Below, one piece after another: positions 13,209 to 25,106 of a DNA stretch of 64,000 nt; position 1 is the stretch's first letter, and every line of letters begins with the position of its first letter. Origin of the DNA: the human T2T-CHM13v2.0 reference genome, Homo sapiens; assembly GCF_009914755.1 (NCBI RefSeq), contig NC_060943.1. One strand, 5' to 3'. A program made the position numbers and the translations under genes. Under the pieces are notes generated by a model. The model had not been told where the DNA came from, did not search any database, and was given only the letters and a program-made list of their open reading frames with translations.

Positions 13209-14906
13209 ATGATTCTCAGAAACTCCTTTGTGATGTGTGCGTTCAACTCACAGAGTTTAACCTTTCTTTTCATAGAGCAGTTAGGAAACACTCTGTTTGT
13301 AAAGTCTGCAAGTGGATATTCAGACCTCCTTGAGGCCTTCGTTGGAAGCGGGATTTCTTCATGTTCTGCTAGACAGAAGAATTCTCAGAAACTTCCTTGT
13401 GTTATGTATTTTCAACTCACAGAGTTGAACGATCCTTTACACAGAGCAGACTTGAAACACTCCTTTTGTGGAATTTGCAAGTGGAGATTTCAGCCGCTTT
13501 GAGGTCAATGGTAGAATAGGAAATATCTTCCTATAGAAACTAGACAGAATGATTCTGAGAAATCCTTTGTGATGTGTGCGTTCAACTCACAGAGTTTAAC
13601 CTTTCTTTTCATAGAGCAGTTAGGAAACACTCTGTTTGTAAAGTCTGCAAGTGGATATTCAGACCTCCTTGAGGCCTTCGTTGGAAACGGGATTTCTTCA
13701 TATTATGCTAGACAGAGGAATTCTCAGGAACTTCCTTGTGTTGTGTGTATTCAACTCACAGAGTTGAACGATCCTTTACACAGAGCAGACTTGAAACACA
13801 CTTTTTGTGGAATTTGCAAGTGGAGATTTCAGCCGCTTTGAGTTCAATGGTAGAATAGGAAATATCTTCCTATAGAAACTACACAGAATGATTCTCAGAA
13901 ACTGCTTTGTGATGTGTGCGTTCAACTCACAGAGTTCAACCTTTCTTTTCATAGAGCAGTTGGGAAACACTCTGTTTGTAAGTCTGCAAGTGGATATTCA
14001 GACTTCTTTGAGGCCATCGTTGGAAGCGGGATTTCTTCATATTCTGCTAGACTGAAAAATTCTCAGTAACTTCCTTGTGTTGTGTGTATTCAACTCACAG
14101 AGTTGAACGATCCTTTACACAGAGCAGACTTGAAACACTCTTTTTGTGGAATTTGCAAGTGGAGATTTCAGCCGCTTTGAGGTCAATGGTAGAATAGGAA
14201 ATATCTTCCTTTAGAAATTAGACAGAATGATTCTCAGAAACTCCTTTGTGATGTGTGCGTTCAACTCACAGAGTTCAACCTTTCTTTTCATAGAGCAGTT
14301 GGGAAACACTCTGTTTGTAAAGTCTGCAAGTGGATATTCAGACTTCTTTGAGGCCTTCGTTGGAAGCGGGATTTCTTCATGTTCTGCTAGACAGAAGAAT
14401 TCTCAGAAACTTCCTTGTGTTGTGTGTTTTCAACTCACAGAGTTGAACGATCCTTTACACAGAGCAGACTTGAAACACTCCTTTTGTGGAATTTGCAAGT
14501 GGAGATTTCAGCCGCTTTGAAGTCAATGGTAGAATAGGAAATATCTTCCTATAGAAAGTAGACAGAATGATTCTCAGAAACTCCTTTGTGATGTGTGCGT
14601 TCAACTCACAGAGTTTAACCTTTCTTTTCATAGAGCAGTTAGGAAACACTCTGTTTGTAAAGTCTGCAAGTGGATATTCAGACCTCCTTGAGGCCTTCGT
14701 TGGAAACAGGATTTCTTCATATTCTGCTAGACAGAAGAATTCTCAGTAACTTCCTTGTGTTGTGTGTATTCAACTCACAGAGTTGAACGATCCTTTACAC
14801 AGAGCAGACTTGAAACACTCTTTTTGTGGAATTTGCAAGTGGAGATTTCAGCCGCTTTGAGGTCAATGGTAGAATAGGAAATATCATCCTATAGAAACTA
14901 GACAGA
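13209..14906 (+). repeat. Divergent 5-dimer variant block, copy 2 (two 339-bp dimers)
   Basis: Same marker series as 1310-3008 at offset 11899. It has an additional 1-bp deletion near 13980 (TGTAAGT), plus CCATCG and GACTGAAAAATTC changes. Confidence 0.85.
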
Positions 14907-17286
14907 ATGATTCTCAGAAACTCCTTTGTGATGTGTGCGTTCAACTCACAGAGTTCAACCTTTCTTTTCATAGAGCAGTTGGGAAACACTCTGTTTGTAA
15001 AGTCTGCAAGTGGATATTCAGACTTCTTTGAGGCCTTCGTTGGAAGCGGGATTTCTTCATATTCTGCTAGACAGAAGAATTCTCAGTAACTGCCTTGTGT
15101 TGTGTGTATTCAACTCACAGAGTTGAACGATCCTTTACACAGAGCAGACTTGAAACACTCTTTTTGTGGAATTTGCAAGTGGAGATTTCAGCCGCTTTGA
15201 GGTCAATGGTAGAATAGGAAATATCTTCCTATAGAAACTAGACAGAATGATTCTCAGAAACTCCTTTGTGATGTGTGCGTTCAACTCACAGAGTTTAACC
15301 TTTCTTTTCATAGAGCAGTTAGGAAACACTCTGTTTGTAAAGTCTGCAAGTGGATATTCAGACATCCTTGAGGCTTTCGTTGGAAACGGGATTTCTTCAT
15401 ATTCTGCTAGAAAGAAGAATTCTCAGTAACTTCCTTGTGTTGTGTGTATTCAACTCACAGAGTTGAACGATCCTTTACACAGAGCAGACTTGAAACACTC
15501 TTTTTGTGGAATTTGCAAGTGGAGATTTCAGCCGCTTTGAGGTCAATGGTAGAATAGGAAATATCTTCCTATACAAACTAGACAGAATGATTCTCAGAAA
15601 CTCCTTTGTGATGTGTGCGTTCAACTCACAGAGTTTAACCTTTCTTTTCATAGAGCAGTTGGGAAACACTCTGTTTGTAAAGTCTGCAAGTAGATATTCA
15701 GACATCCTTGAGGCTTTCGTTGGAAACGGGATTTCTTCATATTCTGCTAGAAAGAAGAATTCTCAGTAACTTCCTTGTGTTGTGTGTATTCAACTCACAG
15801 AGTTGAACGATCCTTTACACAGAGCAGACTTGAAACACTCTTTTTGTGGAATTTGCAAGTGGAGATTTCAGCCGCTTTGAGGTCAATGGTAGAATAGGAA
15901 ATATCTTCCTATAGAAACTAGACAGAATGATTCTCAGAAACTCCTTTGTGATGTGTGCGTTCAACTCACAGAGTTTAACCTTTCTTTTCATAGAGCAGTT
16001 GGGAAACACTCTGTTTGTAAAGTCTGCAAGTGGATATTCAGACATCCTTGAGGCTTTCGTTGGAAAAGGGATTTCTTCATATTCTGCTAGAAAGAAGAAT
16101 TCTCAGTAACTTCCTTGTGTTGTGTGTATTCAACTCACAGAGTTGAACGATCCTTTACACAGAGCAGACTTGAAACACTCTTTTTGTGGAATTTGCAAGT
16201 GGAGATTTCAGCCGCTTTGAGGTCAATGGTAGAATAGGAAATATCTTCCTATAGAAACTAGACAGAATGATTCTCAGAAACTCCTTTGTGATGTGTGCGT
16301 TCAACTCACACAGTTTAACCTTTCTTTTCATAGAGCAGTTAGGAAACACTCTGTTTGTAAAGTCTGCAAGTGGATATTCAGACCTCCTTGAGGCCTTCGT
16401 TGGAAACGGGATTTCTTCATATTATGCTAGACAGAAGAATTCTCAGTAACTTCCTTGTGTTGTGTGTATTCAACTCACAGAGTTGAACGATCCTTTACAC
16501 AGAGCAGACTTGAAACACTCTTTTTGTGGAATTTGCAAGTGGAGATTTCAGCCGCTGTGAGTTCAATGGTAGAATAGGAAATATCTTCCTATAGAAACTA
16601 GACAGAATGATTCTCAGAAACTCCTTTGTGATGTGTGCGTTCAACTCACAGAGTTCAACCTTTCTTTTCATAGAGCAGTTGGGAAACACTCTGTTTGTAA
16701 AGTCTGCAAGTGGATATTCAGACTTCTTTGAGGCCTTCGTTGGAAGCGGGATTTCTTCATATTCTGCTAGACAGAAGAATTCTCAGTAACTGCCTTGTGT
16801 TGTGTGTATTCAACTCACAGAGTTGAACGATCCTTTACACAGAGCAGACTTGAAACACTCTTTTTGTGGAATTTGCAAGTGGAGATTTCAGCCGCTTTGA
16901 GGTCAATGGTAGAATAGGAAATATCTTCCTATAGAAACTAGACAGAATGATTCTCAGAAACTCCTTTGTGATGTGTGCGTTCAACTCACAGAGTTCAACC
17001 TTTCTTTTCATAGAGCAGTTGGGAAACACTCTGTTTGTAAAGTCTGCAAGTGGATATTCAGACTTCTTTGAGGCCTTCGTTGGAAGCGGGATTTCTTCAT
17101 ATTCTGCTAGACAGAAGAATTCTCAGTAACTTCCTTGTGTTGTGTGTATTCAACTCACAGAGTTGAACGATCCTTTACACAGAGCAGACTTGAAACACTC
17201 TTTTTGTGGAATTTGCAAGTGGAGATTTCAGCCGCTTTGAGGTCAATGGTAGAATAGGAAATATCTTCCTATAGAAACTAGACAGA

Positions 17287-20200
17287 ATGATTCTCAGAAA
17301 CTCCTTTGTGATGTGTGCGTTCAACTCACAGAGTTTAACCTTTCTTTTCATAGAGCAGTTGGGAAACACTCTGTTTGTAAAGTCTGCAAGTGGATATTCA
17401 GACATCCTTGAGGCTTTCGTTGGAAAAGGGATTTCTTCATATTCTGCTAGAAAGAAGAATTCTCAGTAACTTCCTTGTGTTGTGTGTATTCAACTCACAG
17501 AGTTGAACGATCCTTTACACAGAGCAGACTTGAAACACTCTTTTTGTGGAATTTGCAAGTGGAGATTTCAGCCGCTTTGAGGTCAATGGTAGAATAGGAA
17601 ATATCTTCCTATAGAAACTAGACAGAATGATTCTCAGAAACTCCTTTGTGATGTGTGCGTTCAACTCACAGAGTTTAACCTTTCTTTTCATAGAGCAGTT
17701 AGGAAACACTCTGTTTGTAAAGTCTGCAAGTGGATATTCAGACCTCCTTGAGGCCTTCGTTGGAAACGGGATTTCTTCATATTATGCTAGACAGAAGAAT
17801 TCTCAGTAACTTCCTTGTGTTGTGTGTATTCAACTCACAGAGTTGAACGATCCTTTACACAGAGCAGACTTGAAACACTCTTTTTGTGGAATTTGCAAGT
17901 GGAGATTTCAGCCGCTTTGAGTTCAATGGTAGAATAGGAAATATCTTCCTATAGAAACTAGACAGAATGATTCTCAGAAACTCCTTTGTGATGTGTGCGT
18001 TCAACTCACAGAGTTCAACCTTTCTTTTCATAGAGCAGTTGGGAAACACTCTGTTTGTAAAGTCTGCAAGTGGATATTCAGACTTCTTTGAGGCCTTCGT
18101 TGGAAGCGGGATTTCTTCATGTTCTGCTAGACAGAAGAATTCTCAGAAACTTCCTTGTGTTGTGTGTTTTCAACTCACAGAGTTGAACGATCCTTTACAC
18201 AGAGCAGACTTGAAACACTCCTTTTGTGGAATTTGCAAGTGGAGATTTCAGCCGCTTTGAGGTCAATGGTAGAATAGGAAATATCTTCCTATAGAAAGTA
18301 GACAGAATGATTCTCAGAAACTCCTTTGTGATGTGTGCGTTCAACTCACAGAGTTTAACCTTTCTTTTCATAGAGCAGTTAGGAAACACTCTGTTTGTAA
18401 AGTCTGCAAGTGGATATTCAGACCTCCTTGAGGCCTTCGTTGGAAACGGGATTTCTTCATATTATGCTAGACAGAAGAATTCTCAGTAACTTCCTTGTGT
18501 TGTGTGTATTCAACTCACAGAGTTGAACGATCCTTTACACAGTGCAGACTTGAAACACTCTTTTTGTGGAATTTGCAAGTGGAGATTTCAGCCGCTGTGA
18601 GTTCAATGGTAGAATAGGAAATATCTTCCTATAGAAACTAGACAGAATGATTCTCAGAAACTCCTTTGTGATGTGTGCGTTCAACTCACAGAGTTCAACC
18701 TTTCTTTTCATAGAGCAGTTGGGAAACACTCTGTTTGTAAAGTCTGCAAGTGGATATTCAGACTTCTTTGAGGCCTTCGTTGGAAGCGGGATTTCTTCAT
18801 ATTCTGCTAGACAGAAGAATTCTCAGTAACTGCCTTGTGTTGTGTGTATTCAACTCACAGAGTTGAACGATCCTTTACACAGAGCAGACTTGAAACACTC
18901 TTTTTGTGGAATTTGCAAGTGGAGATTTCAGCCGCTTTGAGGTCAATGGTAGAATAGGAAATATCTTCCTATAGAAACTAGACAGAATGATTCTCAGAAA
19001 CTCCTTTGTGATGTGTGCGTTCAACTCACAGAGTTCAACCTTTCTTTTCATAGAGCAGTTGGGAAACACTCTGTTTGTAAAGTCTGCAAGTGGATATTCA
19101 GACTTCTTTGAGGCCTTCGTTGGAAGCGGGATTTCTTCATATTCTGCTAGACAGAAGAATTCTCAGTAACTGCCTTGTGTTGTGTGTATTCAACTCACAG
19201 AGTTGAACGATCCTTTACACAGAGCAGACTTGAAACACTCTTTTTGTGGAATTTGCAAGTGGAGATTTCAGCCGCTTTGAGGTCAATGGTAGAATAGGAA
19301 ATATCTTCCTATAGAAACTAGACAGAATGATTCTCAGAAACTCCTTTGTGATGTGTGCGTTCAACTCACAGAGTTTAACCTTTCTTTTCATAGAGCAGTT
19401 AGGAAACACTCTGATTGTAAAGTCTGCAAGTGGATATTCAGAACTCCTTGAGGCCTTCGTTGGAAACGGGATTTCTTCATATTATGCTAGACAGAAGAAT
19501 TCTCAGTAACTTCCTTGTGTTGTGTGTATTCAACTCACAGAGTTGAACGATCCTTTACACAGAGCAGACTTGAAACACTCTTTTTGTGGAATTTGCAAGT
19601 GGAGATTTCAGCCGCTTTGAGTTCAATGGGAGAATAGGAAATATCTTCCTATAGAAACTAGACAGAATGATTCTCAGAAACTCCTTTGTGATGTGTGCGT
19701 TCAACTCACAGAGTTCAACCTTTCTTTTCATAGAGCAGTTGGGAAACACTCTGTTTGTAAAGTCTGCAAGTGGATATTCAGACTTCTTTGAGGCCTTCGT
19801 TGGAAGCGGGATTTCTTCATATTCTGCTAGACAGAAGAATTCTCAGTAACTGCCTTGTGTTGTGTGTATTCAACTCACAGAGTTGAACGATCCTTTACAC
19901 AGAGCAGACTTGAAACACTCTTTTTGTGGAATTTGCAAGTGGAGATTTCAGCCGCTTTGAGGTCAATGGTAGAATAGGAAATATCTTCCTATAGAAACTA
20001 GACAGAATGATTCTCAGAAACTCCTTTGTGATGTGTGCGTTCAACTCACAGAGTTCAACCTTTCTTTTCATAGAGCAGTTGGGAAACACTCTGTTTGTAA
20101 AGTCTGCAAGTGGATATTCAGACTTCTTTGAGGCCTTCGTTGGAAGCGGGATTTCTTCATATTCTGCTAGACAGAAGAATTCTCAGTAACTTCCTTGTGT

Positions 20201-23200
20201 TGTGTGTATTCAACTCACAGAGTTGAACGATCCTTTACACAGAGCAGACTTGAAACACTCTTTTTGTGGAATTTGCAAGTGGAGATTTCAGCCGCTTTGA
20301 GGTCAATGGTAGAATAGGAAATATCTTCCTATAGAAACTAGACAGAATGATTCTCAGAAACTCCTTTGTGATGTGTGCGTTCAACTCACAGAGTTTAACC
20401 TTTCTTTTCATAGAGCAGTTGGGAAACACTCTGTTTGTAAAGTCTGCAAGTGGATATTCAGACCTCCTTGAGGCCTTCGTTGGAAACGGGATTTCTTCAT
20501 ATTATGCTAGACAGAAGAATTCTCAGTAACTTCCTTGTGTTGTGTGTATTCAACTCACAGAGTTGAACGATCCTTTACACAGAGCAGACTTGAAACACTC
20601 TTTTTGTGGAATTTGCAAGTGGAGATTTCAGCCGCTTTGAGTTCAATGGTAGAATAGGAAATATCTTCCTATAGAAACTAGACAGAATGATTCTCAGAAA
20701 CTCCTTTGTGATGTGTGCGTTCAACTCACAGAGTTCAACCTTTCTTTTCATAGAGCAGTTGGGAAACACTCTGTTTGTAAAGTCTGCAAGTGGATATTCA
20801 GACTTCTTTGAGGCCTTCGTTGGAAGCGGGATTTCTTCATATTCTGCTAGACAGAAGAATTCTCAGTAACTGCCTTGTGTTGTGTGTATTCAACTCACAG
20901 AGTTGAACGATCCTTTACACAGAGCAGACTTGAAACACTCTTTTTGTGGAATTTGCAAGTGGAGATTTCAGCCGCTTTGAGGTCAATGGTAGAATAGGAA
21001 ATATCTTCCTATAGAAACTAGACAGAATGATTCTCAGAAACTCCTTTGTGATGTGTGCGTTCAACTCACAGAGTTTAACCTTTCTTTTCATAGAGCAGTT
21101 AGGAAACACTCTGATTGTAAAGTCTGCAAGTGGATATTCAGACCTCCTTGAGGCCTTCGTTGGAAACGGGATTTCTTCATATTATGCTAGACAGAAGAAT
21201 TCTCAGTAACTTCCTTGTGTTGTGTGTATTCAACTCACAGAGTTGAACGATCCTTTACACAGAGCAGACTTGAAACACTCTTTTTGTGGAATTTGCAAGT
21301 GGAGATTTCAGCCGCTTTGAGTTCAATGGTAGAATAGGAAATATATTCCTATAGAAACTAGACAGAATGATTCTCAGAAACTCCTTTGTGATGTGTGTGT
21401 TCAACTCACAGAGTTCAACCTTTCTTTTCATAGAGCAGTTGGGAAACACTCTGTTTGTAAAGTCTGCAAGTGGATATTCAGACTTCTTTGAGGCCTTCAT
21501 TGGAAGCGGGATTTCTTCATATTCTGCTAGACAGAAGAATTCTCAGTAACTTCCTTGTGTTGTGTGTATTCAACTCACAGAGTTGAACGATCCTTTACAC
21601 AGAGCAGACTTGAAACACTCTTTTTGTGGAATTTGCAAGTGGAGATTTCAGCCGCTTTGAGGTCAATGGTAGAATAGGAAATATCTTCCTATAGAAACTA
21701 GACAGAATGATTCTCAGAAACTCCTTTGTGATGTGTGCGTTCAACTCACAGAGTTTAACCTTTCTTTTCATAGAGCAGTTGGGAAACACTCTGTTTGTAA
21801 AGTCTGCAAGTGGATATTCAGACATCCTTGAGGCTTTCGTTGGAAAAGGGATTTCTTCATATTCTGCTAGAAAGAAGAATTCTCAGTAACTTCCTTGTGT
21901 TGTGTGTATTCAACTCACAGAGTTGAACGATCCTTTACACAGAGCAGACTTGAAACACTCTTTTTGTGGAATTTGCAAGTGGAGATTTCAGCCGCTTTGA
22001 GGTCAATGGTAGAATAGGAAATATCTTCCTATAGAAACTAGACAGAATGATTCTCAGAAACTCCTTTGTGATGTGTGCGTTCAACTCACAGAGTTTAACC
22101 TTTCTTTTCATAGAGCAGTTGGGAAACACTCTGTTTGTAAAGTCTGCAAGTGGATATTCAGACCTCCTTGAGGCCTTCGTTGGAAACGGGATTTCTTCAT
22201 ATTATGCTAGACAGAAGAATTCTCAGTAACTGCCTTGTGTTGTGTGTATTCAACTCACAGAGTTGAACGATCCTTTACACAGAGCAGACTTGAAACACTC
22301 TTTTTGTGGAATTTGCAAGTGGAGATTTCAGCCGCTTTGAGGTCAATGGTAGAATAGGAAATATCTTCCTATAGAAACTAGACAGAATGATTCTCAGAAA
22401 CTCCTTTGTGATGTGTGCGTTCAACTCACAGAGTTCAACCTTTCTTTTCATAGAGCAGTTGGGAAACACTCTGTTTGTAAAGTCTGCAAGTGGATATTCA
22501 GACTTCTTTGAGGCCTTCGTTGGAAGCGGGATTTCTTCATGTTCTGCTAGACAGAAGAATTCTCAGAAACTTCCTTGTGTTGTGTGTTTTCAACTCACAG
22601 AGTTGAACGATCCTTTACACAGAGCAGACTTGAAACACTCCTTTTGTGGAATTTGCAAGTGGAGATTTCAGCCGCTTTGAGGTCAATGGTAGAATAGGAA
22701 ATATCTTCCTATAGAAAGTAGACAGAATGATTCTCAGAAACTCCTTTGTGATGTGTGCGTTCAACTCACAGAGTTTAACCTTTCTTTTCATAGAGCAGTT
22801 AGGAAACACTCTGTTTGTAAAGTCTGCATGTGGATATTCAGACCTCCTTGAGGCCTTCGTTGGAAACGGGATTTCTTCATATTATGCTAGACAGAAGAAT
22901 TCTCAGTAACTTCCTTGTGTTGTGTGTATTCAACTCACAGAGTTGAACGATCCTTTACACAGTGCAGACTTGAAACACTCTTTTTGTGGAATTTGCAAGT
23001 GGAGATTTCAGCCGCTTTGAGTTCAATGGTAGAATAGGAAATATCTTCCTATAGAAACTAGACAGAATGATTCTCAGAAACTCCTTTGTGATGTGTGCGT
23101 TCAACTCACAGAGTTCAACCTTTCTTTTCATAGAGCAGTTGGGAAACACTCTGTTTGTAAAGTCTGCAAGTGGATATTCAGACTTCTTTGAGGCCTTCGT

Positions 23201-25106
23201 TGGAAGCGGGATTTCTTCATATTCTGCTAGAAAGAAGAATTCTCAGTAACTGCCTTGTGTTGTGTGTATTCAACTCACAGAGTTGAACGATCCTTTACAC
23301 AGAGCAGACTTGAAACACTCTTTTTGTGGAATTTGCAAGTGGAGATTTCAGCCGCTTTGAGGTCAATGGTAGAATAGGAAATATCTTCCTATAGAAACTA
23401 GACAGAATGATTCTCAGAAACTCCTTTGTGATGTGTGCGTTCAACTCACAGAGTTCAACCTTTCTTTTCATAGAGCAGTTGGGAAACACTCTGTTTGTAA
23501 AGTCTGCAAGTGGATATTCAGACTTCTTTGAGGCCTTCGTTGGAAGCGGGATTTCTTCATATTCTGCTAGACAGAAGAATTCTCAGTAACTGCCTTGTGT
23601 TGTGTGTATTCAACTCACAGAGTTGAACGATCCTTTACACAGAGCAGACTTGAAACACTCTTTTTGTGGAATTTGCAAGTGGAGATTTCAGCCGCTTTGA
23701 GGTCAATGGTAGAATAGGAAATATCTTCCTATAGAAACTAGACAGAATGATTCTCAGAAACTCCTTTGTGATGTGTGCGTTCAACTCACAGAGTTTAACC
23801 TTTCTTTTCATAGAGCAGTTAGGAAACACTCTGATTGTAAAGTCTGCAAGTGGATATTCAGAACTCCTTGAGGCCTTCGTTGGAAACGGGATTTCTTCAT
23901 ATTATGCTAGACAGAAGAATTCTCAGTAACTTCCTTGTGTTGTGTGTATTCAACTCACAGAGTTGAACGATCCTTTACACAGAGCAGACTTGAAACACTC
24001 TTTTTGTGGAATTTGCAAGTGGAGATTTCAGCCGCTTTGAGTTCAATGGTAGAATAGGAAATATCTTCCTATAGAAACTAGACAGAATGATTCTCAGAAA
24101 CTCCTTTGTGATGTGTGCGTTCAACTCACAGAGTTCAACCTTTCTTTTCATAGAGCAGTTGGGAAACACTCTGTTTGTAAAGTCTGCAAGTGGATATTCA
24201 GACTTCTTTGAGGCCTTCGTTGGAAGCGGGATTTCTTCATATTCTGCTAGACAGAAGAATTCTCAGTAACTGCCTTGTGTTGTGTGTATTCAACTCACAG
24301 AGTTGAACGATCCTTTACACAGAGCAGACTTGAAACACTCTTTTTGTGGAATTTGCAAGTGGAGATTTCAGCCGCTTTGAGGTCAATGGTAGAATAGGAA
24401 ATATCTTCCTATAGAAACTAGACAGAATGATTCTCAGAAACTCCTTTGTGATGTGTGCGTTCAACTCACAGAGTTCAACCTTTCTTTTCATAGAGCAGTT
24501 GGGAAACACTCTGTTTGTAAAGTCTGCAAGTGGATATTCAGACTTCTTTGAGGCCTTCGTTGGAAGCGGGATTTCTTCATATTCTGCTAGACAGAAGAAT
24601 TCTCAGTAACTTCCTTGTGTTGTGTGTATTCAACTCACAGAGTTGAACGATCCTTTACACAGAGCAGACTTGAAACACTCTTTTTGTGGAATTTGCAAGT
24701 GGAGATTTCAGCCGCTTTGAGGTCAATGGTAGAATAGGAAATATCTTCCTATAGAAACTAGACAGAATGATTCTCAGAAACTCCTTTGTGATGTGTGCGT
24801 TCAACTCACAGAGTTTAACCTTTCTTTTCATAGAGCAGTTGGGAAACACTCTGTTTGTAAAGTCTGCAAGTGGATATTCAGACCTCCTTGAGGCCTTCGT
24901 TGGAAACGGGATTTCTTCATATTATGCTAGACAGAAGAATTCTCAGTAACTTCCTTGTGTTGTGTGTATTCAACTCACAGAGTTGAACGATCCTTTACAC
25001 AGAGCAGACTTGAAACACTCTTTTTGTGGAATTTGCAAGTGGAGATTTCAGCCGCTTTGAGTTCAATGGTAGAATAGGAAATATCTTCCTATAGAAACTA
25101 GACAGA
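17287..25106 (+). repeat. Tandem segmental duplication within the array, period 4420 bp (13 dimers)
   Basis: Rare markers AGTGCAGACT (18541, 22961) and GAACTCCTTG (19441, 23861) are both offset by 4420. The dimer-type order I,L,F,L,F,F,L,F,F,L is the same at 17287 and 21707. Confidence 0.85.
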
